A stretch of 64,000 nucleotides of DNA from Octopus vulgaris. Its lineage: Eukaryota. The notes below the pieces were generated by a model. The model had not been told where the DNA came from, searched no databases, and was given only the letters and a program-made list of their open reading frames with translations. The stretch spans positions 71,548,001 through 71,612,000 of the forward strand of contig OX597823.1 of NCBI GenBank assembly GCA_951406725.2. The letters are read 5' to 3'. Position 1 is the first letter of the stretch, and every line of letters starts with the position of its first letter. This document shows positions 1 through 12,298 of this stretch, piece by piece. The position numbers were made by a program, and so were the translations under genes.

Positions 1-345
1 TCTTATTTCAATACCAATAATTGTAAAAGCTTTCATTGAAAGTTAACTACAAACTTCTGAAAAAAAATGTTCTCTTCCAAATAACTGTAACGATAACATT
101 TTTACTGCTTATTTGTTATACTAAATAGCTGAAAATCTGTAAAATATATTGGTCACACCTTTTGGCAAAAGATGTAGTTTTTAATATTTATATTATCCTG
201 CAGAGCTGATAAGCTCTTATTTCAAAGCTGACTTTTTATTGAAGGAGAAGTAAATAAATATTCACCTTTTTACGACTTTGGTTACGTTCATAGAGTGGAC
301 AAATAAAACTGTGCCTCTTGCTTGTTGTATTTTAACAGACATTTG
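1..345 (+). repeat. Left arm of a long inverted duplication (partner 3126-3475)
   Basis: Positions 1-345 are a close reverse complement of 3126-3475, e.g. GGTCACACCTTTTGGCAAAAGATG vs CATCTTTTGCCAAAAGGTGTGACC. Confidence 0.9.
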
Positions 346-2249
346 CCAATATATTATGTAACATTTTATTGATGTTTGGTCACTTAATGTCACATTTAAT
401 GCTTCATAAATCTAATTGATGATCTTACTTCCTTTTAACTTAGTGTTAACACCGAAAATTGTGAGACGTATTACTTTGTAAGAAAAGACAGCTGACAGAA
501 GTATTTACATATATGTTAAGTTATTTTAATTATAATAACAAACCCACAAGTACACATAATTTTAAATGCACTTATTTGATTAGTGATAATTGTATTTATC
601 TACAATGTGTCAATTCTAATTTTAATAGAATTTATTTTATACTGTTGGTGTAAAATGTCATATCTTAGATTTATATTATATCATTTTTGTATATTGTTTT
701 CTTTGCTTTATTGTATTTTATTGTAGTATTGATTTACTAATGATATCATAATATAATGAATGTAATAAGTATATATGTATAGCAGAAATATATTTAATTA
801 AATTTAGTATTAGGCTTTAAATAAATTTTTTGTGTATGTCACAGTTGAGCAAATCATTGGAATTCTGGTTTATTTAGTTCTTGCGGATTGCATCAGAAAT
901 ATTGTTTGATATACCTGGCAAGGATATTTAACTTTTAATAACATAGTTCATCAAACTTTAAGTAATTTAGGTGTTGTTTTGAAAAGTGGTTTTGTTATAT
1001 CGTGTTCAAAGGTTTTGAGAAATGATGGGAAATTATTCATTCAGTAATATCTCAACCCTTCAAAATAGATTTTTTATTTATACATTGTGTGTGTGTGTGT
1101 GTGTGTGTGTGTGCATATACACAATCTAAAACTATATATGTACATATTTTGAAGTGTTATCCACTGTAAAGAGGAAGGGAGAGGAATAAGGATTGGGAAT
1201 ATATATAATGAGAAATGAATTTAATAGGTTATTTATCAGAGAATACTATCAAAAATAAATCTTTGTAAATTATTATTACTTACCACTGAATAATAAAATG
1301 CATTAGACTGTTTTTATTAAAAGTGTTCAAGTGAAGACAAATAGTTACTTATTGAGAACTTAAGCATTAGAAGATTAATAAGAGATCAATGAATAAGAAG
1401 AAAAATGAGGTAACAAAATTAAAAGTGCTTACATTTAGTTACATATATTTCTTATACTGTGCTTATAATCCTCGTGCACACTAGTGCACTCTTGGAATAC
1501 TTCACATTATAACCTTTTAATTAACTATAGTGACATTGTCACAGAACCAGGCCGTTTTGCTGATCTATTAGAGTAAATATATCTTTATATAGATAGGTAT
1601 CGTGTAGTGACAACTAGAAATTTTATATAACAGTGAGCTCTCTTAACTTCTGTCTCTTCTTTCTACCACTTGTGAGTTGTTTTCTTTAATCATAAGTATA
1701 GCTAAATATCATGGATGATGTCATATTATCTATCATTAATTAGGTGTTAATTATTCTATCACATATCATGACTGCTTCAATTACTCCTACTCATTTTTTC
1801 TGCTGAAATTACACTTACTAATTGCATTAAAAAATTAGACCCCTGTGTACTAGCATGTAAGAAATCTGGCTGAAAAGCACTTCTCATTTCTTGCATTCGA
1901 CTCATACCCACTTACCTTCACTTTTGTATTTCAATTATCTCAGTTATCTCATTATATTTAACTTTCACTGACAATGACAAAACTACTACTGTTCCCAACG
2001 GTGAAATGGCTTATGCAGAATTGATAGCTATTCACACTTCTCGAGTTGTGTGCTGAGCTAAAATAGCAGGTGTCAGTCATGTTGATACTGTATGTGATAA
2101 AAAGTAATCAAGCATGCTTGATTGGAACGAATTTGGTTTACTTTTTTCCTGAACCTTAAAGTGCAATGTATACTTGCAGTAAATACAACCAGCTAATTAA
2201 AAATGCTGCTTGATATTCCATTAGTTGATACTTTATAAGTAGATACTTA

Positions 2250-3125
2250 CTGCACACAGATATATGAAACAATCTATGAAGCAGCTGCTGCCTCAATGAG
2301 GACTCCCCAAACACAAGCAAACTGACTGGTTTAATTAATTTTTTCTCAATGGGAGGAACACACAGCAAGCTATGAGTCTGCTTAAAGATGCAAATATTGT
2401 GCTACATAAGGAACTGAGGTATCCTAAATACTGATGATGAGACGAGAAGGCAGATGAAATTAGGAGTCAGTCTGATTCACACAGTGTGGCAGAAACAGTT
2501 TAACCAGACCCTCAACAATTTTTGATGAGGACCTGAAATGTATTCCATTAAATTTGAAAGATATCAGTTTGGATTTATTGCTGAATATTGATGAGATGGT
2601 ATCTGACAACTGTGAGACATCAGGAAAGCTCCTAGTGTTGACAGCATCCCCATAGAAATCTATAAGTCTGAAGGGAAGAAATGCTATAGGCTTCTTCAAT
2701 TCTCCAGAGTGGTGAAATGTGGTAACCTCCCTTGACATTTCAAGAACATACAAATAGTTACCATTTTCAAGTGTAAAGGTGATTGACAGGACAGCAGAAA
2801 TTACCAAGGGAAAATTCTAGATAAACTACTGATCAGGAGGTTGTGAAAAATACCGAAATTAATTTTTCCTGAAATCTTGTGCGAATTTCTCATGTCTTGG
2901 AGCACCAGTGTTATGATTTTTACCTTATGATACATTGAGGAAAAGCATTTGGAATAGTACATTCCACTTTCAATTGCATTCATTGATTTTACAAATGCTT
3001 TTGACAGTATAGAATGAAGGGGTTTGCAGACCATACATGTGTGGAGAAATTTGTTGAGATAGTTATGCAATTTCCTGATGGTGTATCTACCATGCAATAG
3101 ACCAGTGTCCTCTTCTAGGAAGTAT
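2250..3125 (+). mobile_element. Degenerate RTE-like LINE reverse transcriptase remnant
   Basis: + strand remnants FKCKGD*QDSRNYQG and IAFIDFTNAFDSIE (RT motifs), with stops and frameshifts. Confidence 0.7.
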
Positions 3126-3475
3126 TGCACATGTCTGTTAAAATACAACAAGCAATAGGCACAGTTTTATTTGTCCACTCTATGAATATAATCAAAGTTG
3201 TAAAGGTGAATTTTTATTTACTTCTCCTTCAATAAAAAGTCAGCTTTGAAATAAGATTAGCTTATCACCTCTGCAGGATAATATAAATACTAAAAACTGC
3301 ATCTTTTGCCAAAAGGTGTGACCAATATATTTTACAGATTTTCAGCTATTTAGTATAACAAATAAGCAGTAAAAATGTTATTGTTACAGTTATTTTGAAG
3401 AGAACGTTTTTTTCCAGAAGTTTGTAGTCAAAACTTTCAATGAAAGCTTTTACAATTATTGGTATTGAAATAAGA
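3126..3475 (-). repeat. Right arm of the inverted duplication
   Basis: Reverse complement of 1-345 with scattered substitutions and small indels. Confidence 0.9.
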
Positions 3476-3976
3476 AAAACTACTGTAAATACTTCTGAGG
3501 AAATTATGTGACTAGCATTACGAATCATAGGGCTTGAGAAAATCAAATCTGCCAATCTGTCACAATCTCTTTTGGGAGTGCTAGTTTGGACCCCTTACCA
3601 GTCATACATAGTTTAACAAAGGGCTGTACTTACTCCAATGCTATTTTCATTATTTCTGAGTGTTATGCTAGAAAGAATGGCATGGGAACTGACAAGTGGA
3701 GCATATACTTGTACAAGACTAGCTAGTTGGCTACTGAACATATATAGGCTGAAATCTAGATGATTCAGCTCTAATGTATCATATTCCAGAAGCTGCCCAG
3801 AAAATTACTCATCATTTTGCATGTGTAGCATCAGCTTAAAGCCTATCCTGGTAATCCATAAGAGTAAATGACTAAAGTCTTGAATCAATATAAACCTAGA
3901 GTAATGGAACACGAGGCTCTGGCAATTATGAGTGCAAATCAGTTTCTAAATATATTGAATAAGTTAATATATTATA

Positions 3977-4137
3977 GGCGCAGGAATGGTTGTGTGGTAA
4001 GTAGCTTTCTTACCAACCACATAGTTCTGGGTTCAGTCCCACTGCGTAGCACCTTGAGCAAGTGTCTTCTACTATAGCCTTGGGCCGACCAAAGCCTTGT
4101 GAGTGGATTTGGTAGATGGAAACTGAAAAAGCCCGTC

Positions 4138-4181
<44 letters not shown>

Positions 4182-4429
4182 ATATATATATGTATATGTG
4201 TGTATATGTTTGTGTGTCTGTGTTTGTCTCCCCAACATTGCTTGACAACCGATGGTGGTGTGTTTACATCCCCGTAACTTAGCGGTTTGGCAAAAGAGAC
4301 TGATAGAATAAGTACTAGGCTCACAAAGAATAAGTCCTGGGTTCAATTTGTTCAACTAAAGGTAGTGCTCCAGCATGGCTGCAGTCCACTGACTGAAACA
4401 AGTGTAAAAGAGAGTAAGAGTAAAAAGAG
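3977..4429 (+). mobile_element. tRNA-derived SINE family A (CORE-like domain, internal TA/TG microsatellite)
   Basis: A box TGGTTGTGTGG, B-box-like GGTTCAGTCCC, CORE-like ACCTTGAGCAAGTGTCTTC, tail GACTGAAACAAG...AAAAGAGT. About 15 copies or fragments in the window. Confidence 0.9.
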
Positions 4430-4699
4430 TATATTTGGGCAGTATTATTTTTGTCAAAGAGGTTGACTGACACTCCATTATAAGGATGTCATCTCCATGA
4501 AAGGTGTAGCTTCAGTGTGATTGCATTGGAGAAGACAGATAGAAAGAACGGCAAGGAGCTGTAAAGAAAGGAGTTTCAAAGTCAAATTGGAAGGAAGTAA
4601 AATGAGAAAAAGCTAGAGTAAAATTTATTACACCAGGCCTACCAGCAGTATTCTGCAGTTAGCGTTATGCCAGGGTTATAGTCACACAAATCAACCCAT

Positions 4700-4973
4700 A
4701 GGACATTTTTTTATGCCTAGTATTTATACTATGGGTCTCTTTTGCTGAACTACTAAGTTATGAAGGCATAAACACATCAGCATTGGTTGTCAAGTGGTGG
4801 TGGGTGACAAGCATAGACACAAAGATACACACACATGGATATATGTATAAATATATATATGTATACATATATACAATGGGCTTCTTCCAGTTTCTGTCTA
4901 CCAAATCTATTTACAAGGCTTTGGTTGGCCTGAGACTATAGTTGAAACACTTGCCCAAGGTACCACACAGTGG
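4700..4973 (-). mobile_element. SINE family A, partial diverged copy
   Basis: Reverse-complement similarity to 3977-4429. Confidence 0.75.
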
Positions 4974-4999
4974 TAGAACTAACATTAAATATGTGAAAT

Positions 5000-5212
5000 T
5001 CAAAATGTGACCGTGTGTGTACCGTTGGCGATTTTTTTCCTCCGTCTTCCCTTCTTTGGATCTTTCCTTTTCCTATGTTTCTGACAAAGAGCTCCGCTTG
5101 AAACGTTAAACCCTCCTTCTTTCCTTCCTTCCTGAGCGTCCAATAATACTATACTTGTTCCACGTCCTCGCGTTGTGTTTACTCTTTGTGTTTTCATGTT
5201 TGGATTAACTTT
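5000..5212 (+). mobile_element. Short Penelope-like repeat fragment carrying a hammerhead ribozyme motif
   Basis: Pyrimidine-rich repeat with CTGACAA-A-GAGC-tcc-GCTT-GAAACGTTA at 5081-5108. The Penelope assignment is an inference. Confidence 0.55.
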
Positions 5213-5249
5213 AACGTTAAATAAGCCAGGTTGTCTCAAAACAAAAAAA

Positions 5250-5566
5250 CGATAAACATCGCCCTTTTCAAGCCTAGCCAGGCTCATGGGCCTGGTTTCC
5301 TGGTTTCTGTTGCGCATGTGTTCCCCCCAGCTGGACGCGACACCAGTCCATCACAGCATTACTCAAAAAACAGGAAAAGAGAGTGAGAGAAAGTTGGGGC
5401 AAAAGAGTACAACAGTGGTCGCCACCACCCCCTGCCGGAGCCTCGCGGAGCTTTAGGTGTTTTCACTCAAAAAAACACACACAACGCTCGCTCAGTCTGG
5501 GAATCGAAACCACGATCCTCCAACCGTGAGTCCGCTGCCCTAACCACTGGGCTATTGCGCCTCCAC
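5250..5566 (-). mobile_element. tRNA-derived SINE family D
   Basis: Minus strand GTGGAGGCGCAATAGCCCAGTGGTTAGGG...GGTTTCGATTCCC (A/B boxes); same head as 59444. Confidence 0.85.
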
Positions 5567-6121
5567 TGCCTCAAAGCAATGGTGGACTTAATGGATAAGA
5601 GTGTGTTTTGAAACACCATCACTAGAAACATTAGAAGCAGTTATATCTTGACAGACTTGTAGAGAGAGACGGCTCTTTTCTTCTCTGTTATATACAACTA
5701 TTATAGCATTTATGCACTTTTGCCAATGTGTTATATTTTGTACTACACCTATTGCATTATTTGTTTCCCTTTGTAAATTGTAATAAAAAACCTCTAATGG
5801 TTTTCTTTAGTTATGTCTTATAATACAACATTGTATTTCATGTCTATTGAGACACATTAACAATTCGGAAAAGTTCTAATTCAAATTTATTATGTAGTTT
5901 TTCGTGTAACCGCTAACCATTAATTAATTCTGAATACTCAGGAAATAAAGGATTTCACATTATTTCTGGTCTATTTTCTGATTTATTATTGAAAAGATTG
6001 ATGTGTGTTTGTTAATCAGATGCTTTGTTCATGATTGAGATGAATATTATCTTATGAATGCAATTTTATTACTTCCTTTACAGTAGGCAACAGTCATATA
6101 TAATTCTAATTTTCTCCTTAG

Positions 6122-6316
6122 AATCCTGGGTATGCAGGACGCCAAGAGTTGCCTGAGAACTTAAAAATCAATTTCCGTACTGTTGCAATGATGGTTCCAG
6201 ATCGTGGAATAATAATGAGAGTAAAAATGGCAAGCTGTGGTTTCCAGCAGAATATTCTACTCGCTCAAAAGTTTTTCACCTTATACAAACTTTGTGAGGA
6301 ACAGCTTACAAAGCAG
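6122..6316 (+). CDS. DNAH5: Axonemal dynein heavy chain (DNAH5/DNAH8-like), internal exon (end of AAA1)
   Basis: AG acceptor 6120-6121, GT donor 6317; 195 nt, phase 0/0. Translates [65 protein letters not shown], matching the conserved dynein AAA1 region. DNAH5 vs DNAH8 cannot be resolved by eye. Confidence 0.95.
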
Positions 6317-6612
6317 GTTTGGTTTCTTTTTATTTATCCTCCCCATATAATCTCTATCATCTTTGTCACCATCATCCTTCCACCTCAATTCTTTCATAAC
6401 CAACTATGCATAAGACGCATTTGTTTAACTATTTGTAAGAAAATGTACATCTGTAACTATATTTCACCTGTATCTACTGTAATAAGCATTAGTGTGTCTT
6501 GATATTCTTTTATTTGCTTTAGTCATTTGACTGTGGACATGCTGGAGCAGCGCCTTCAGTTGAACAAATCAACCCTATGACTTATTTTTTGTAATCACAG
6601 TACTTATACTAA

Positions 6613-6755
6613 TGGGCATCCAGCTGTAGAAACCATGCCAAACCAGACTTGAATCAAGTGTAGCTACCCAGCTAACCAGTTTTCAGTCAAACTGCCCAAC
6701 CCATGCCAGCATGGAAAGCGAATGTTAAATGATGATGATGATGATGATGATGATA
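6613..6755 (+). mobile_element. RTE LINE 3' end fragment with (GAT)n tail
   Basis: GGGCATCCAGCTGTAGAAAC...CCAACCCATGCCAGCATGGAAAGCGAATGTTAAATGATGATG matches the 3' UTR of the RTE at 12360-12519. Confidence 0.85.
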
Positions 6756-6811
6756 TATATATATCTGTATATCTATCTATCTATCTATCTATTTATATAT
6801 GTATACATATA

Positions 6812-6843
<32 letters not shown>

Positions 6844-6884
6844 CATGTGTGTTTGTATATATACACACACATATATATATACAC

Positions 6885-6915
<31 letters not shown>

Positions 6916-7063
6916 TATGTATATACATATGTATATATATATGTGTGTGTATGTGTATACACACACACACATATATATATAATTGTTAAACAGGACAGCT
7001 AACATTAAGGCAAGGCAAGCAACTCAAGTTGTATACAATATTATTATAGGAAGAAATTCAAAA

Positions 7064-7117
7064 TCTTATAGCTGTTTCTGGGATATTCCCTAGTATAGGA
7101 TATTCCATCATCAGAGA
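7064..7117 (-). ncRNA. Minimal type I hammerhead ribozyme motif
   Basis: Minus strand: tct CTGATGA TGGAATATCCTA tac TAGGGAATATCCCA GAAA CAGCTA TA aga. Intact core, long stem II, palindromic stem III. Confidence 0.65.
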
Positions 7118-7279
7118 CAAATAGGAGCAAAAAATGGAAAATGTGAATGCTATATATTCACAGGATGATGACATAGAGGAAGGGAGTAAAAGAATAATGA
7201 AATGGAAAGAAAGAAGAGAACCGAAGCATAAAAGTTCATAGTTCAACTTACCAAAGTTATAACGCAATACATGATGCAG

Positions 7280-7839
7280 TGTCCGGAAAGTTCGTGCCGA
7301 TTTATAGTAGCTTACCTTTCATCTTATTTTAGAACATGGTTGAGTCCATAAAATAGGATTTGACTACACCTCCATTTAGAGCATAATTTTAGCTATCTTT
7401 TCATCGAAGAAGGTTTATGTTCCTGTAACCTGTGTTAATTCTGTAACCCTTTAAAATGGAAGATAAGAAAGTTCATTTTTGGCACTTGATGTTTGGGAAC
7501 CAGACAAAAATTGCTGCAACTCGGCTGGGATATGTTATCCCCACCCTCCATATTCTCCAGATATTGCTCCTTCGGATTTCCACTTATTCAGGTCTCTTCA
7601 GAATAGTCTTAATGGTTAAAATTTCAATTCCTTGGATGACGTAAAAAGATACCTTGATGAATTCTTTGCCATGAAACCACCTCACTTCTGGTTAGAGGGT
7701 ATTTTCAAATTAAAGGAAAGATGGAGACGCATTGTGCAACAAAATGGTTCATATTCGGTTGATTAAAAATGTAATGGCAAATACATATTGACCTTTTCCT
7801 TTCCTTTAAAAATCGGCACAAACTTCCGGGACAACCCAA
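7280..7839 (+). mobile_element. Internally deleted mariner element
   Basis: TIRs TGTCCGGAAAGTTCGTGCCGATTT / AAATCGGCACAAACTTCCGGGACAACCCAA; transposase C-terminal motif PYSPDIAPSDFHLFRSL. Confidence 0.88.
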
Positions 7840-8734
7840 TACAATTCTGGTATAGAAGAGATGCACTGTATCTGATACCAATAAAATATCGTGCCTACTA
7901 AAGTGGATACAACAGCTTCAGTCACAACAGTGGCCACACATTACCACTGTGGAAAACACCATATCATAACACTTGTCTTCTACAATAAACTGTGTTGTGT
8001 ATTGCAAATACAAATATTTCAGTAGATCATAATTGTAATATAATTTATATGGAAACTGTACAAAATATAGTGAACATGTATCAAATGTAATTTGTTTATT
8101 ATGTTTCACCATAACTTTATACATTTGGGATATCATGATTATATTTATATTATATTGTGTGGAATGCATGTTTCATTGATTATTGACAAAATATACAACT
8201 TTTGGTAAATACACTTTGGTCAGAACCTAGCCTGGCAGTATATGATTGTTATAATAAGTTTATATACAATATATGATGTATGATATATTGATGCATTTAT
8301 TGAATACCAGTTTCAGTTTATTTCTGTTAAAATACTGTGATTTTTTGACAAACTGGATATACTAGTTATCAGAATTTTCTAATGTTGAATTAGGTAAGAT
8401 TTTATATCACTTCCCCAAACTCTTCCAAATGTCTCCACTGTGAATACCTGAAGACACATTGTGACGTATGTCATTTCATTACACAATGCAATAGTCATGA
8501 AAAACATTTTTTTTTTAATATGTATACTATGTAAAATCAGAAACACCCAGGGAATTTGCACAGCCTGTCTTTCAAAGTTATATGAATTCACATATTGAAT
8601 GAATGCTATTCTTTTTGAGTTGTTGCCGTGCTGTGTTGCCTGTTCATATTTGAGACAAAACAATACTTCAAATGTATGTTGCAGGCAAAAATAATTCTTT
8701 CATTGCCAATAAAAGCAATATCTATCTATCTATC

Positions 8735-8790
<56 letters not shown>

Positions 8791-8902
8791 CTCACATTTA
8801 TCACAAGCACATACACATATCTGTCAATCTATTATCATAATAATCATTTAATGTCCATGCTCCAGGCTGGCTTGTAAGCTTTCTCTCTCTCTTTCTTTCT
8901 CT

Positions 8903-8927
8903 GTATGTATGTATGTATATATATGTT

Positions 8928-9017
<90 letters not shown>

Positions 9018-9035
9018 AATGTATGTATATATATG

Positions 9036-9089
<54 letters not shown>

Positions 9090-9135
9090 CATATATATAT
9101 GTATGTATGTATATATATATATATATGTATATATG

Positions 9136-9166
<31 letters not shown>

Positions 9167-9391
9167 GTATATATAGGTATGTATGTATATATATATGTAT
9201 GTATATATATATGTATGTATGTATATGTATGTATGTATATATATGTATGTATGTATATATATGTATTTATGTATATATATGTATTTATGTATATATATAT
9301 ATATGTATGTATGTATATATATGTATGTATGTATGTATGTATATATATGTATGTATGTATGTATATGTATGTATATATATATATATGTATA

Positions 9392-9466
<75 letters not shown>

Positions 9467-9574
9467 GCATATATATATATATATATATGTATATATATGC
9501 ATATATATATATATATATATGCATATATATATATATGCATATATATATATATATGTATATATATGTATATATAT
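8903..9574. repeat. Compound (TA)n/(TATG)n microsatellite, ~670 bp
   Basis: Directly visible; source of many spurious IY-rich ORFs. Confidence 0.95.
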
Positions 9575-12298
9575 ATTGGAGATTTTAATGGACATGTTGG
9601 GCGGGAATCGGGTATCTTCACTGGGGTACATGGTGGCTATGGTATTGGCACCAGAAATGATGAGGGAACTAGACTGCTGGAATTCTGTGATGCATGTAAC
9701 CTTTCAATCTGCAACACTAACTTCAAGAAGCCAGTCTGCCACCTTATAACTTATCAGTCAGGAGACTCCGCTAGCCAAATAGACTTCATCCTCACCAGAC
9801 AGCGGGATGCAGGGTTGCTCTTGAATACAATGACCCTCCCGGGTGAAGAATGTATCCCTCAGCATAGACTAATCATCAGTGACTTTAAGCTTGAGGCCAG
9901 AAGGACTCCAAGAAACAAACCAATCCAGAAAAGAAGGATTTGGAGGCTAAAGAACCCTTCACATGGTCAGAAATTTAGGGACATACTCATCAAGAAATTT
10001 GATGAGAGGGAGGAGGAGCTTCAGACGTCAGACATAGAAGGTAGCTGGGAATTCCTACGGGACAGCTTGCTGAGTGCCACAGACCGAGTCTGTGGATGGT
10101 GCAAAGTCCCTTCCAGACCTAGAATTACGTGGTGGTGGAATAGTGCAGTAGATAAAGCCATCTGTAAAAAGAGACGGGCCTGGAAAGCCTGGAAGGATGG
10201 GGGCAGCAGGGAACTGTACCAGATAGCCAAAAGGGAGGCTGGGCGGCAGGTATACATAGCCAAAGATGTAGCAGAAAAGAAGAAGTTTGCCAATGTCCAG
10301 CGACGCGAGGATCAAAGAGCTGAAGTATTTCGGATTGCCAGACAGTGTGTCAGAGAAAATAGTGATGCTATAGGAGAGAAATGTGTCCGCATGGATGATG
10401 GGGCACTTGCTTTTACTGCTAGTGAAAAGAAAGAGGCTTGGAGAAGCCATTATGAAAGACTGCTGAATGAGGAGAATGAATGGGAGGAGGAGAGCCTGCC
10501 AAATGTTGACCCAGTAGAGGGACCAGCTACCTGAATAGACAGCTCCCTTGTAGATAAGGCAATTAAGGATATGAAACCAGGCAAAGCCCCTGGCCTATCA
10601 GGAATCACTGCTGAGATGCTTAAAACAGCTGGCTATGTGGGCTATACCATAGTCACCCGCATTGTAAACCAGGTAGTTCACAATGGAGTCATACCCAATG
10701 ACTGGTGCAGCAGCACCATAGCCAACTGCTACAAGGGTAAGGGTGATGCTCTAGATAGAAATAACTACAGAGGTATCAAACTGTTGGACCAGGTGATGAA
10801 GGTCTCAGAGAAGGTCATAACCCATCTCATTAGGGAGAGAATTTGTTTAGATGAAATGCAGTTCGGTTTTGTACCAGGTAGAAGCACCACTGATGCTATA
10901 TTCCTGGTCCAACAACTGCAGGAGAAGTACCTAGCTAAAGATAAACCCCTCTACATAGCTTTTGTAGACTTGGAGAAAGCCTTTGACAGGGTTCCCCGTT
11001 CCCTTATCTGGTGGTCGATGCGGAAACTGGAGATTGAAGAATGGCTAATAAGGGCTGTACAGGCTCTATACAGAGAGGCTGTCAGCAAGGTTAGGATTGG
11101 CAACGAATATAGTGAAGAATTCCGGGTAGAAGTAGGTGTGCACCAGGGCTCAGCCCTCAGTCCCCTTTTATTCATCATAGTCCTTCAGGCAATAACAGAG
11201 GAATTCAAAACGGGATGCCCCTGGGAGCTCCTCTATGCCGATGACCTAGCTCTCGTAGCAGAATCACTACCGGAACTAGAAGAGAAATTTCGGGTGTGGA
11301 AGCAAGGGTTGGAATCAAAGGGCCTTAGAATAAATGTAGCAAAGACCAAAGTATTAGTAAGCAGCAAGAGGTACTCAGCACACACCCCCTCGGGTAGGTG
11401 GCCCTGCTCAATCTGTAGGAAAGGTACAGGTAGAAACTCCATAAGATGCACCCAATGTAAGTTATGGACACATAAGAGGTGCAGCAACATTAAAGGGAAA
11501 TTAACAGATAAGATAGCTTTCATGTGCGGCAGATGCACAGGGACAATAGACACAACAGACACTCAGAAAACAGATTCCATCACACTCCAGGGAGAGAAAC
11601 TAGAAGTAGTTGATAGTTTCCGCTACCTGGGTGACCAAGTTAGTAGCGGAGGTGGATGCACAGAGAGTATCACCACTAGAATACGAATAGCCTGGGCAAA
11701 GTTCAGAAAGCTCCTACCCCTACTGGCAACAAAAGGTCTCTCCCTCAGAGCGAAAGGTAGATTGTATGATGCATGTGTGCGAACTGCCATGCTTCACGGT
11801 AATGAAACATGGGCTGTGACTGCAGAGGACATGCGTAGACTTGAAAGAAATGAAGCTAGCATGATCCGCTGGATGTGTAGTGTCAGTGTGCACGCAAGAC
11901 AGAGTGTAAGCATCCTAAGAGAAATGCTGGATATAAGAAGCATCAGATGTGGTGTGCAAGAGCGACGCTTGCGATGGTATGGTCATGTGCTGCGGATGGA
12001 TGAAGAGAGATGTGTGAAGAAGTGCCACTCCCAAACAGTTGAAGGTATCAGGGGGAGAGGTAGACCCAGGAAGACATGGGATGAGGTAGTCAAGCATGAC
12101 CTCAGAGCATTGGGCCTCACTGAGGCAATGGCGAAGGACCGAGATCTCTGGAGATATGCTGTGACTGCAAAGACCCGGGCTGCTTTCTGCAGCAATTCCA
12201 CACACCCCCTACCCATTCAAAGTACCCCGGATCCCCAAAGTACCCGGACCCAGTTGCCCCCGTGCCGCTGGCACGTTAAAAGCTCGAACCGATCGTGA
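9575..12298 (+). pseudogene. RTE ORF (endonuclease + RT) broken by one in-frame TGA at 10532-10534
   Basis: ORFs 8909-10534 and 10571-12298 share a frame and are separated by 12 sense codons after the stop. Confidence 0.9.

Noticed and set aside
3346-3555. Hydrophobic ORF resembling a membrane protein
   Set aside because: Short, AT-driven composition, and frameshifted in the duplicate arm.
6317-6502. Extensions of dynein ORFs past the donors (also 47658-47804)
   Set aside because: Homology stops at the GT donors; the extensions are intron read-through.
8801-9749. Long IY/YI-rich ORFs on both strands, including the first 220 aa of ORF 8909-10534
   Set aside because: Translations of TA/TATG microsatellite; real RTE coding starts at 9575.
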